From Octopus bimaculoides (taxonomy: Eukaryota), in the NCBI RefSeq assembly GCF_001194135.2, contig NC_068998.1, positions 11,446,315 through 11,495,433 on the forward strand: 49,119 nucleotides of DNA, in the 5' to 3' direction. Each line of letters begins with the position of its first letter. The stretch's first letter is position 1. This document shows positions 26,001-38,424 of the stretch, piece by piece. The translations under genes were made by a program, and so were the position numbers. The notes beneath the pieces were generated by a model. The model saw nothing but the letters and a program-made list of their open reading frames with translations, had not been told where the DNA came from and ran no database searches.

Positions 26001-29000
26001 TATTTTTTTGTTTTGTCAGGCTGAAAAAGTTTATAAACAGAAATTCCTTGAAAATATTCAGTGTAAAAAGCAGTATGAGTCTACAAAATCTTTTGCGGTT
26101 TCTACTAAAGATACAGAAAAGGTAAATAAAGTTTCTCTGTGCTTTGGAGATGAGAGAGAGTATGAAGCTGTTTTAGTGTTGGCCTATTTGGTGTTACTCA
26201 TTCAATGCTAACTTATTTCACATCAGGCAGTTTAATGTTCTCACTCACTTACTCTCTCTCTTTCTCTCTCTCTCTCCCTCTCTTTCTCTCTCACTCTTTC
26301 TTCCCCTCTCTTTCTCTTTCTCTCTCCCCCTCTCTTTCTCCCCCCCCTCTCTCTCTCTCATATGTTGATTAAATGTTTTCACTGATGATGCTGAATAGAA
26401 TGAACCTGAAATCACATGGTTATGATGTGACACCATTGTCATCATCATTAGCATCGCTATCACCATCATCATCATCATCATCAAACATCCATTTTTCATA
26501 CTAGCATGGATTGGATGGGTTGACAAGAGCTGGCAAGTCAGAAGACTGCGCCAAACTCTGCCGTCTGCTTTGGCATGGTTTCTATGCCTTGGTGCCCTTC
26601 GTAGCACTAACCACTTTACCATGTGCACTGGGTGCTTTTTACATGGCACCAGCTGCAGTGAGGCCCCCCAAATAACTCACACAACAAGACCCCTTCGACC
26701 GAATGAGGAATAGTAACGAGAGAGGTGAGTTAGTTTATAGAATCTGACAAGCCATAGGGCTGCACCAAGCTCCACTGTCAACTTTGGCATATCTTCTATG
26801 GCTGGATGCCCTTCTTAATACCAACCACCTTATTTTGTGCCATATAAAAGTATACAGTACAATTTAAATTTACGTGGCTGTGTGGTAAGAAGCTTACTGC
26901 CCAACCACATGGTTCTGGGTTCAGTCTCACTGCATGTCACCTTGGGCAAGTGTCTTCTACTATAGTCTTGGGCCAACCAAAACCTTGTCAGTAGATTTGG
27001 TAGACGGAAACTGAAAGAAACCTGTCGTATATGTGTGTGTGTGTGTGTTTGTGTCTATGTTTGCCCCACCACCCCTCATTTGACAATCGATACATCCCCT
27101 TAACTTAGTGGTTTGGCAGAAGAGACCAATAGAATAAATACCAGGCTTACAAAGAATAAGTCCAGGGGTCGATTTCTTCAACTAAAAGGCGATGCTCTAG
27201 CATGGCCACAGTCAAATGACTGAAACTAGTAAAAGAATAAAAAAATACCTGTGTATAGTATTGAATGTGTTTATCCAGGAAAGAAATATTTTCATTGTAT
27301 GATTGATGTAGATCCTGAATTGAGCTGAGTAATCATTGTAAATATTTACAAACCCGTCCAACACACTATTCTCTCTTTGCAGTTATTCAACAAACACATC
27401 AAAGCTGTTCAGGGTAAAGAAAATGCTGGTGAGTGGAAGTTCAAGTGAATTATTTATTCTCATAGTAAGGCATTATGGAGTGGTAAGTCCTTGTGTGTTT
27501 GTGTGCAAATGGACACAGCATGGCCAAATGGTTAACAAGTCTGCTTTGCAATCATGAGGTCTTGTGTTTGATCCCACTGTATAGCAGTTCATCAAAGTTG
27601 ACCAATAGAATTACTATCGGACTTGCAAAATAATTACTGGGGTCAATTTGTTCAACTAAAACCCTTCAAGATGGCACCCAGGTATTTTGACAGTTCAATG
27701 ACTGAAACAAAAAAAAGATTTTTAAAAATTATACTATTTGGCTGTGTGGTAAGAAGCTTGCTTCCCAACCACATGGTTCTAGTTTCAGTCCCACTGCATG
27801 GCACCTTGGGCAAGTGTCTTCTTCTGTAGCTTCAGGCTAACCAAAAGCCTTGTGAGTGGATTTGGCAGACGGAAACTGAAAGAAATCCTTCATATATGTA
27901 TGTATATATATATCTACATGCGTGTGTCTTTGTGTCTGTTTGTCCTCACTCCGCCGTTTAACAACCAGTGTTGGTGTGTTTACATCCCCATAACTTAGGC
28001 GGTCCAGCAAAAGAGTCTGATAGAATAAGTACCAGGCTAAAAAAAAAATCATTTTAAGTCCCGGGGTCGATTTGTTCAACTAAAACACCTTCAAGGCAGT
28101 GCTCCAGCATGGCCACAGTCAAATGACTAAAACAAGTAAAAAAGACAAAAAAAAAAGATCCGCACTCCGCCATTTCTGGTAAAACACTCCTCTACTACCT
28201 GTTTATCTTTTACATATCTTTTAACTCTGCTTGTTCTCAGCGTAGACATCAATTCCATTATTGTCTGGGACTGTTAGTTCTTTCTTTATTTTTATTTACT
28301 TTATTTTTCTACTGACTGGGTTGTTTAGGTTACAAATTCCACTTAGAGACAAGAGTTAAGTGTCTGACTTCATGACTTCAACTATGGCACCATTTATTTC
28401 AGATGCTCTCTACAAGAACCTCGTTGACCAGCTGGAGGAGAGCCATAAAGCTTTTGAATGGGAGATACACCAAGCCCTTATTGTAAGTACAGCTTTGTTT
28501 TTTTTTATAGAAAAGTGATTTTTTTAATGTTATTATTTTTTATTTATTTATTTATCTATTTATTTGTTATATCTTTCTCCGTTTTCTTCCTCTGTTTAGA
28601 CGAACTTTCCTACCTTTTCAGACAAAACCTTCTGTAACCTTCGTCCTGTCTATGTCCTTACATGTTTTTAATTGATATTAGCCCTTGTGGCCAATAAAAC
28701 GAATTAATTATTATTATTATTATTATTATTATTGTTTATGCTGATGATAATGATGATTAAAAAAATGAAACACATACTTCCAAGTTGTATATATAAGGCG
28801 GTGAGCTGGCAGAAACATTAACACACCAGGCAAAATTCTTAGCAACATTTCATCCATCTTTATGTTCTGAGTTCAGATTTTGCCGAGTTCGACTTTGCCT
28901 TTCACCCTTTCGGAGTCGATAAAATAAATACCAGTTACACACTGGAGTCAATGAAATCAACTAGTCCCCTCCCCACAAATTTTAGGCCTTGTGCCTATAG

Positions 29001-31505
29001 TAGAAAGGATTATCATTATTATTATTATTGAGTGAGAGAGCTGTGCATTATTATTATTATTATTTTATGTTTGACTTTTGCTTTGCATTTGTACAAGTTG
29101 GATCCGAGTCTCACCCAGAGACCTCAAGAGACAACAAGTTAGTAGTTCATGTAGGTGTTATGCCTAGGGTACCATATATTTGGGTTTGTACATAGTGTTG
29201 TTCTAGAGAATGTTTAAGAAACCATAAGAAAATTATGTGTTTGTTTTAAAATTTTATTATTTTTATTATTATTATTATTATTATGTATGCTGATGATAAT
29301 GATGATAAAAAACAAGACATACTTCCAACTTGTATATATAAGGCGATGAGCTGGCAGAATCATTAGCATGCCAAGCAAAATGCTTAGCGGCATTTTGTCT
29401 GTCTCTACATTCTGAGTTCAAATTCTGCCATGTTCAGCTTTGCCTTTCATCTTTTATACAGATATCTAAAATAATAATTTTTTTCTTTGGTTTCTTCCAG
29501 GAATTTCAAAAATTAGAAGAAGAACGAATTGATACGCAACGTAATCTTTTGTGGGTTGTGTTGAATGCAAGATCTCAAGTTTCAGTTGAAGAAGATAAGG
29601 TAAGACAAAATCTCCGCTGTCCTGGGTACTTGACCGACCTAGTAGTCATGCTGCTTTATCCATTACCTTGGCCTTTTTGCATTCGGATTATTCTGTCAAA
29701 TGCAAAACATTCATTCACATTATTTTAAATTAATCCTGCATTATCTCATAGCTTCAATTTAGATTCAGGTGAATATGGTACTTAAGTTGAGGCACCAGAA
29801 TTAAGTATGGTATTACACATACAGTTTCAGAATAAGACGATTAAAGTCAAAATAAGCAACAAGGATATCCTTGTTGCTTATATTGACTATATATATATAT
29901 TCCCCACTGGATAGGAAGCTGGTCCATCACAGGATTACTCCTTTCTATCAGCTGAGTGGACTGGAGCAACATGAAATGAAGTGTTTTGCTCAAGAACACA
30001 ACACATTGCCTGATCCAGGAATCGAAACCACAATCTTACAGTCATGGGTCCAACACCTTAATCACTACGCCATGCATCTCCTCAGAGCTACTAAATAGCT
30101 CTCTGAAAACTTCTTTTTTTCTAACCCATTCCTACTCTATTATTTCGGATCACCCAGTCCCATTACTAATTAGATCATCTACAAAACAAAAGTTACCAAC
30201 TACTTCTAAGGAGCCTGCCAAACATTTGAAAGTGTTTATTTCCCATGAGCTCTTAATGCTTATTGTCCCTATTTACACCTGCTGTGTATGAAGTGAACCT
30301 TTTCTATTAGCCTATCTGTAATCCCACTATACCTCTTATGTTTCCTTAGATATACTGTATAGATTTCCTCTCCATTGAATATTGGGAATTGATGTTTTTT
30401 TTTATGTTGGTGGTAGGTGTGGCTGCATGGTTAAGAAGTTGGCGTCCCAACGACCGGGCTTTTAGGTTCAGTTCCACTGAACATAGGCAGTCCAGTCCAA
30501 TTATCATCATCGTCATCATTTAACGTCCTCCTTCCATGCTAGCATGGGTTGGATGGTTTTCCAGGAGCAGAGTGGGCTGAGTGCTTTTTACATGGCACCA
30601 GCGTGGGCGAGGTCAGTTTTGGCATGGTTTTTACAGCTGAATGCCCTTCCAAATGCCAACTACTTTACATTGTAGACTGGATGCTTTTCATGTGGATCCC
30701 CCCAAAAAATAATAATAAGCAATGCCTTTCCAGGGACCCCCACAGTAATGGGAAGTGGCAGGATATAGATAACTTGGTGAGGTTAGTGTGTAATTAAAGT
30801 TCAGTTTTAACTGTTGCAACGGAAATGTTTCATACCAAGTATTAGGTGGCAGAGTGAAAGGGATCTTGAAGAACTTCTACGAGGGAGGCTGGAAATTAAA
30901 TGTAAACAAAAGGAAAACCAAAGCAAACAAGGGTAGCTTTTTTTTTTCTTCTTTGCTATAGTTTGCTTTTGTTTACACTTTCTTTCTAAACTTGCACTGT
31001 AGTGGCTGCCTTAAATGTTGTTTATCTTTTACTTGTTTCAGTCATTTAGACTGTGGCCAAGCTGGGGCAGTTATAAGCATGTAAATACACCAACATTGGT
31101 TGTCAAAAATTGGTGATACACAAACAGGTTTTTTTTATCAGTTTCTGTCTACCAAATCTACTCACAAGGCTTTGGTTGGCCCAAGGAATTCTTTGGGGTT
31201 TGAATAATTCACCTCTGAAAACATGGGTATTTCATTCAATATCCTTAAACAACCCTTATTCAGAGACCATTTGGGTGGGATGGGCTATGCAACCTTAAGA
31301 AAATCCTAACTGGGCCCCACCTGCGAGGTCATGCGCTGTTTATCTTGATATGAGATCACCCTGTCGTGCACACATGGTTGTGATGCATGTGCCTGGTGTA
31401 CCCTTATCAGACGGGTAGTCATGATGGGTATACTGGGCTTTGTATATTTGTACCCCAGTGTCACTTTGATGGCATGCACTGCTCTCTCACTCAATGATGA
31501 TGATG

Positions 31506-31538
<33 letters not shown>

Positions 31539-34500
31539 GTAGTGAAGTATAAATCAAGACACAACAATGATGGCCAATATCTCCACTGGTTAATATGTTG
31601 ACATAATAAAATCCAAACTATTGACAAATGGTATAAGCACCACCCCCAAAGCTGTACCTAGGGAGAAAATGTAACGATCGTTTATAATTATTTACTGTCT
31701 TAAAATGTTACTTCACTTTTCAATGTTTTTTTTTTAATTATATTTTTTGTTTTTGTTTTGCAGTGTTATGAAAATGTTCGTAAAATATTGGAACAGTGTG
31801 ATATTCAGCGAGATATAATAGACTTCATTTCTAATCATCAGACAGGAAGTACACGGCCTGGTAGGGTGTTTCATTATCTTCAGTATCATCTGATAGCATT
31901 TATATTCATGGTGGATAGCGAAGTGCGTGTGTGTGTGTGTGTGTGAGTGAGAGTAGAAATCAGTATGTGTGTGTGAGAGAGAGAGAGAATACACATTTGT
32001 TTTATGGTTTTATGTACGTATGCCTATATATGAGGTAGGGGTGGAGGTGAGACAGAGAAAGGGAAAGTAAATATTCATCTATATATATGTATACCTGTGT
32101 ATGAATATATGTCTGTAGTGGAGGCCCAGTGGTTAGGGCAGCAGACTCGCAGTCATAGGATCGCGGTTTCGATTCCCAGACCGGGCGCTGTGAATGTTTA
32201 TTGAGCGAAAACACCTAAAGCTCCACGAGGCTCCGGCAGTGGGTGGTGGCAAACCCTGCTGTACTCTTTCACCACAACTTTTTCTCATTCTTTCTTCCTG
32301 TTTCTGTTGTGCCTGTATTTCAAAGGGTCAGCCTTGTCACACTGTGTCACGCTGAATCTCCCCGAGAACTACGTTAAGGGTACACGTCTCTGTGGAGTGC
32401 TCAGCCACTTGCACGTTAATTTCATGAGCAGGCTGTTCCATTGATCGGATCAACTGGAACCCTCGTCGTGGTAACCGACCGAGTGGCACGATATGTCTGC
32501 ATATGTTTGAGTAGACATTTGTGTGTGTATGTGTGTGTGAGTGTATGTATGTGTGTTGGTGGTGAGAAAGAGAAAGTGTGTGTGTGAGTGTATGTCTGTA
32601 GGTATGTGTGTATAAGTATGTCTGTATGTAAATGTGTGTGTGTTGAGTAAAGCTCTGTATTTATATGTATGTGAGTATACATCTGTGTGTTTGTGAGTAT
32701 ATGTATATATTTGTATATCTGTAACTATGTGTCTGTGATGTATGTATATGAGTCTGTGTATGCATGTGTATGAATGAAAATTTACATGTGTGTGTGTGTG
32801 AGTAAACATTTGTTTCTGTTGATGTTACCCAAAGTGTCCTGCAATGGGACTGAACACAAAACAACATGATTGCAAACAAAACTTCTTGACCACACAGCCA
32901 TTCTTGCAGTTATGCATATTCTCAAAACATGTTTGTTTTTCTTTTTTCTTTTTTTCTTTTTTAGCTTATTTAAAATACCACAATCTTGAAGAAACAAGGA
33001 AGGAAATACAAGTTTCACATGCTCAAGAGTCCCTTTCAGATGGAGATTATTGTTCAATTCAGTTCCCAAGCTCTAAAAAATTCAACTTGGATTTTGGTAA
33101 GTGGAGTTATTCGTTAGATCTAGTCATTACTATCTTCATAACGACCATCGTTGTTGTTGTCATCGTCATCATCAACTAAATAGGCAGGAATACAAATGTA
33201 ATAAATTATATTTAGTCTTAATATCATGAAATACTGTATCATCATCATCATTATCATCATCATTTAACGTCTGTTTTCCATGCTGGCATGGGTTGGACAG
33301 CTTCAGAGGAACTGGCTTCCCCCAGGGCCAGACCAGGTTCCATAGCCTGTTTTGGCTACCAGTGCTCTTTATGTGGCACCAAGGCGGCGAGCTGGCAGAA
33401 ACGTTAACACATCCGGCGAAATGCTTAGCAGTAAATCATCTGTCTTTACATTCTGAGTTCAAATTCCAGCAAGGTTGACTTTGCTTTTCATCCTTCTGGT
33501 GTCAATAAATTAAGTACCAGTTGCATACTGGGTCGATCTAAAACAAATTCCTACTGTATTTTTATAATTAAATATTATTAGAAACTGAATGTTAAACAGT
33601 CTGCCTTAAGAAATTCTTAGTATCAGGAAATTCTTCAAAACCTGCACCATTCCTAATACATGATTTGGATTCATTAATTGACTGATTATTAATTAATTGA
33701 TTGATGGATGATACAGGCATGGCTGTGTAGTTAAGAAGCTTGCCTCCCAACTTTGTGATTCTTGGGTTCAATCCTACCGCATGGCTGCTTGGACAAGTGT
33801 CTTGTTCTATATCCCTGGATGACCAAAGGCTTGTGAGTGGACTTGGTAGACAGAAACTATATGCATGAGTCTGTATTTGTGTTTGTCCTTCACCGCCACT
33901 TGACCACCAAATTTAGTTTACTTACATCACCATAATCTAGCGCTTTGGCAAAAGGCATTCACAGAAGGTGGCGAGCTGGCAGAAACGTTAGCATGCTGGG
34001 TGAAATGTTTAGTGGTATTTCGTCTGCCTTTACGTTCTGAGTTCAAATTCCGCCATGGTCAACTTTGCTTTTTATCCTTTTGGGCTGATAAATTGAGTAC
34101 CAGTTGCATACTGGGGGTCGATCTAATCAACTGGCTCCCTCTGCAAAATTTTCGGGCCTTGTGCCGAGAGTAGAAAAGAAAAAAAAAGGCACTAATAGAA
34201 AAAGTAACAGGCTTTAAAATAAGCGCTTTGAAGCAGGACTCCAGCATGGCCATAGGCCAATAACTAAAGCAAGTAAAAGATGAAAGATTAATTAATTTAT
34301 TTATAGTTTATCTTTGAAAATATTAACATTGATCAATTCAATTATTATTAACAGTGATCATGATAGAATCGTTAGCATGCTGGGCAAAATGCTTAGCGGC
34401 ATTTCGTCCATCTATGTGTTCTGAGTTCAAATTCCACTAAGGTCAACTTTGCCTTTCATCCTTTTGGAGTCAATAAAATAAGCGCCAATTAAGCACTGGG

Positions 34501-37500
34501 GTTGATATAATCAACAAGCCCCCTTCCCCCAAGCTGCTGGCCTTGTGCCAAAATTTGAAATAATTACTAAGTGATCACTCTGTATGCTTCAATTTCATTT
34601 TCTCCTCTAGTTCACTCAAACTGACGCCCATTCACCATTAACATGTATACACGCTTGAATGAACAAGATGGCATTGAGAGACAGTTAGTCAGACAACATT
34701 TTCTTTTATAGCAACATCAGATACTTTTATCAGCCAGTGATTGCTTTTAACTCCCGAATTCTCAATTCCCTATTTCCTTTACCCTGATGCCTTCACATAT
34801 CAACAATCTTTCCCACTTAGTATATTAATTCTAGCTTACCCTTATTTTTTCCGCACTACTTCTGTCGCTAACATTTTTCTCAAGCTTATTGTATTCCTTC
34901 AATTCATCTCTTCAAATTTATCGCTCTTACTAATTTTGGTTTTCTTTTTATTACTATTGTTATTTTCACTTATTATTGTTGTTATTATTGTGATTATAGT
35001 GGAGGCGCAATGGCCCAGTGGTTAGGGCAGAGGACTCGCGGTCATAAGATCGCAGTTTCTATTCCCAGACCGGGCGTTGTGAGTGTTTATTGAGCGAAAA
35101 CACCTAAAGCTCCACGAGGCTCCGGCAGGGGATGGTGGCGAACCCTGCTGTATTCTTCAACCACAACTTTCTCTCACTATTTCTTCCTGTTTCTGTTGTA
35201 CCTGTATTTCAAAGGGCCACGCTGTGTCATGCTGAATATCTCCGAGGACTACGTTAAGGGTACAAGTGTCTGTGGAGTGCTCAGCCACTTGCACGTTAAT
35301 TTCACGAGCAGGCTGTTCCGTTGATCGGATCGACTGGAACCCTCGACGTTGTAAGTGACGGAGTGCCAACAACATTGTGATTATTATTATCATTGTTAAG
35401 GCAGTGAGCTGGCAGATTCATTAGCATGCTGGACAAAATGCCTTGTGGTATTTTTATCTGTTGCTATGTTCCAAGTTTGAATTCCACTGAGGTTGACTTT
35501 ACCTTTCATCCTGTTGGGGGTCAATGAATTAAGTACCAGTGAAACACTGGGGTCGGTATAATTGACTAGTCCCCTCCCCCAAAATTTCAGGCCTTAGACA
35601 TTCGAGCAAGATCGTTGCCAGTGCCGCTGGACTGGCTCCTGTGCAGGTGGCACGTAAAAGCACCCACTACACTCTCTGAGAGGTTGGCGTTAGGAAGGGC
35701 ATCCAGCTGTAGAAACTCTGCCAGATCAGATTGGAGCTTGGTGTAGCCACCTGGTCCACCAGTCCTCAGTCAAATCATCCAACCCATGCTAGCATGGAAA
35801 GCGAACGTTAAACGATGATGATGATGATGATGATGTGCCTTTAGTAGAAAGGATTATTATTGTTAAGGTGGTGAGCTGGTAGAGTCATTGCCATGCTGAG
35901 CAAAATGCCTAAGGGCATTTCCTCCATCTTCATGTTCTGAGTTCAAATCCTGCTGAGGTTAACTTTGCCTTTCATCCTTTTGGGGTTGATAAAATAAGTA
36001 CCAGTTGAGCACTGTGGTCAATATAATCAACTTACCCCACCCTTCAGAATTATTGGCCTTGTGCCAAAATTTGAAACCATTATTATTATTGTTGTTCATA
36101 TTACTGTTATTGCCATTATTGCCGTAACTTAGCGGTTCGGCAAAAGAAACCGATAGAATAAGTACTAGGCTTACAAAGAATAAGTTCTGGGGTCGATTTG
36201 CTCGACTAAAGGCAGTGCTCCAGCATGGCCACGGTCAAATGACTGAAACAAGTAAAAGAGATTATTATACATACACACACATGTGTGCCAAATACTTTGG
36301 AACCTGCTGAAGAAAGAGTGCCATGTCTGTGTGCATCTTTGATACAATTTCTAAAAAGACGTCTTTATTATGGACTTTTGGTAATGCATGCACAATGAGG
36401 TACTGGCCCCAGCCAGAGTGAAGTGTTCATGACAAAACGACAGTGTATGCACATGTGCAAACACTTGTACCCTGTCATTTAAATGTCATTTTGACATTTA
36501 ATTTCTTGCAAAATTGATTTAATTATATAAGGCACAGGCATGACTGTGTGGTAAGAAGCTTGCTTCCCAACCACATGGTTCGAGGTTCAGTCCTGCTGCA
36601 TGGCACTTTGGACAAATGTCTTCTACTGTAGGCTCAGACCAACCAAAGCCTTGTGAGTGGACTTGGTAGTCGGAAACTGAAAGAAGCCCAGTGCTGGTGT
36701 GTTTATGTCCCTGTAACTTAAGGGTCTGGCAAAAGAGACCGATAGAATAAGTACCAGACTTACAAAGAATAAATACTGGGGTTGATTTCTTCGGCTAATA
36801 AAATATTAAAAAATTTAAAAAAAAGCGGTGCTCCAGTATGAGCACAGTCAAATGACTGAAGCAAGTGAAAGAATAAATACATAGAGTATCTGGATTAAGC
36901 ATATGAATCCTAAGATGGATTCAGATTGCTCTTCTTGAATTCTGTTCCTAGTTCTGTATCTTTGTTTCTTTCTGATTACAAGACTACACTTCATACTCTG
37001 AATTTTTTCAACACAATTTGCCAGAATATCTTCATCCTCCTCTTTCTTCTTGTTTACTTGGTAAACATTGCATGTTTGAATATCTTCTATTATTACTTAT
37101 GTTTCAGTCATTTTCTTTTTTTTTTATCCAGTTAATATTCTTCATTTATTCATTTTTGTTCATTAATACTAAATGCACGTTCTGTTGATGACTGCTCTGT
37201 AATATTTCATCTTATAACTGTCTGCTTAAAATTTTACATTTTCAATTGTTGCGTGCTTCGCCAAAGAATTAATATTTTATTGCTTGGCATACCTACACAC
37301 ATGTGCCCCCCCCCCAAACTTTGTTTCCTCATAACTTTCAGAAAAATCGATATTTTTTGATGAAATGTTTACAAATATGCTTCAGATGTTGTAGATTCCA
37401 ATTATACCAGAATTTATTGTGAATGTGGAGTGTAGTTTCAGAAAATTCACATGAAGCGGATTTGTTTTCACTTCAATTTTAGGAAAATGAATATTTTTTT

Positions 37501-38381
37501 AAGAAATTTTATACAAATGCCTTTTAGAGTGTGTAAATTGTGATTATATTGGAAATTAAAATGGAAAAAGAAGAAAAAATGGTGGGCTTACGCACACACA
37601 TTCTGACACACAACATAAATATCTACAACATGAAACTTGAAATTTTGCAAAAAATTGTGTGTGTTTGTATGTATGTGTGCATGCTCATCATTTTCTTTTC
37701 ACATCAAATTCTGATATAATCATAATTTACACACTAGAAAATTTTTTTTTTAAATATCCAGTTTTCTAAAAGTTATGAGGTAACAAATCTGATTCTTGAA
37801 TTTTCTGAAACTCCTCTCCCCATTCACCAGAAATATTTTTTCAACAAATCCTGATATAATCAGAATCTACACCATCTGAAGCTTATTTGTAGAAAATTTC
37901 ATTAAAAAATATCTATTTTTCTGGAAGTTATGAGGAAAAAATATTGGTGGGGCACAATTGTGTAGGTATGCCCATTGCTTTAACACAAGTAATACTAAGA
38001 TTACATTGCTATAAAATATCTACGTATTGGCTTGCTTTGTTTTACTTTCATTTTGTATTTAACAATATTTGATTATATAACTGCATGTTATATATAAACA
38101 AATAATACAATTCTTTTGTTTGATTTGCATCAAAAGGGTAACAATAATTGAGATGGGCTCAATTTTTCACTACACATAAGCATTGATAGAACAACGGTAT
38201 TTACAATGATATCATGTTTAGTAACAAATACTGTGTTAAAAATGCACCAAAGTGTTTGTGTTTGTGTATATTAAAAAATTTATTGGCAGTAATTCTTCAT
38301 TGCTTTATAAATGCACATTCTTTTAACAAAATTGTGTTACATCTTAGGGCTTTAATTTATATTTTCCATTATTGATGTTAA

Positions 38382-38424
<43 letters not shown>

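Larger units (their letters stand above)
28797..36080 (+). mobile_element. Cluster of seven SINE family C copies (~28797-29010, 29340-29455, 33383-33545, 33967-34180, 34365-34560, 35399-35600, 35866-36080)
   Basis: Shared consensus ggcggtgagctggcaga..gttagca..gttctgagttcaaattc..gactttgcctttcatcct..ggggtcgat..agtaccag; all on the + strand. The span also contains exons and other elements. Confidence 0.85.

Noticed and set aside
25615-26211. 198-aa ORF in the track
   Set aside because: Most of it reads through SINE A sequence; only 26020-26121 is a real exon.
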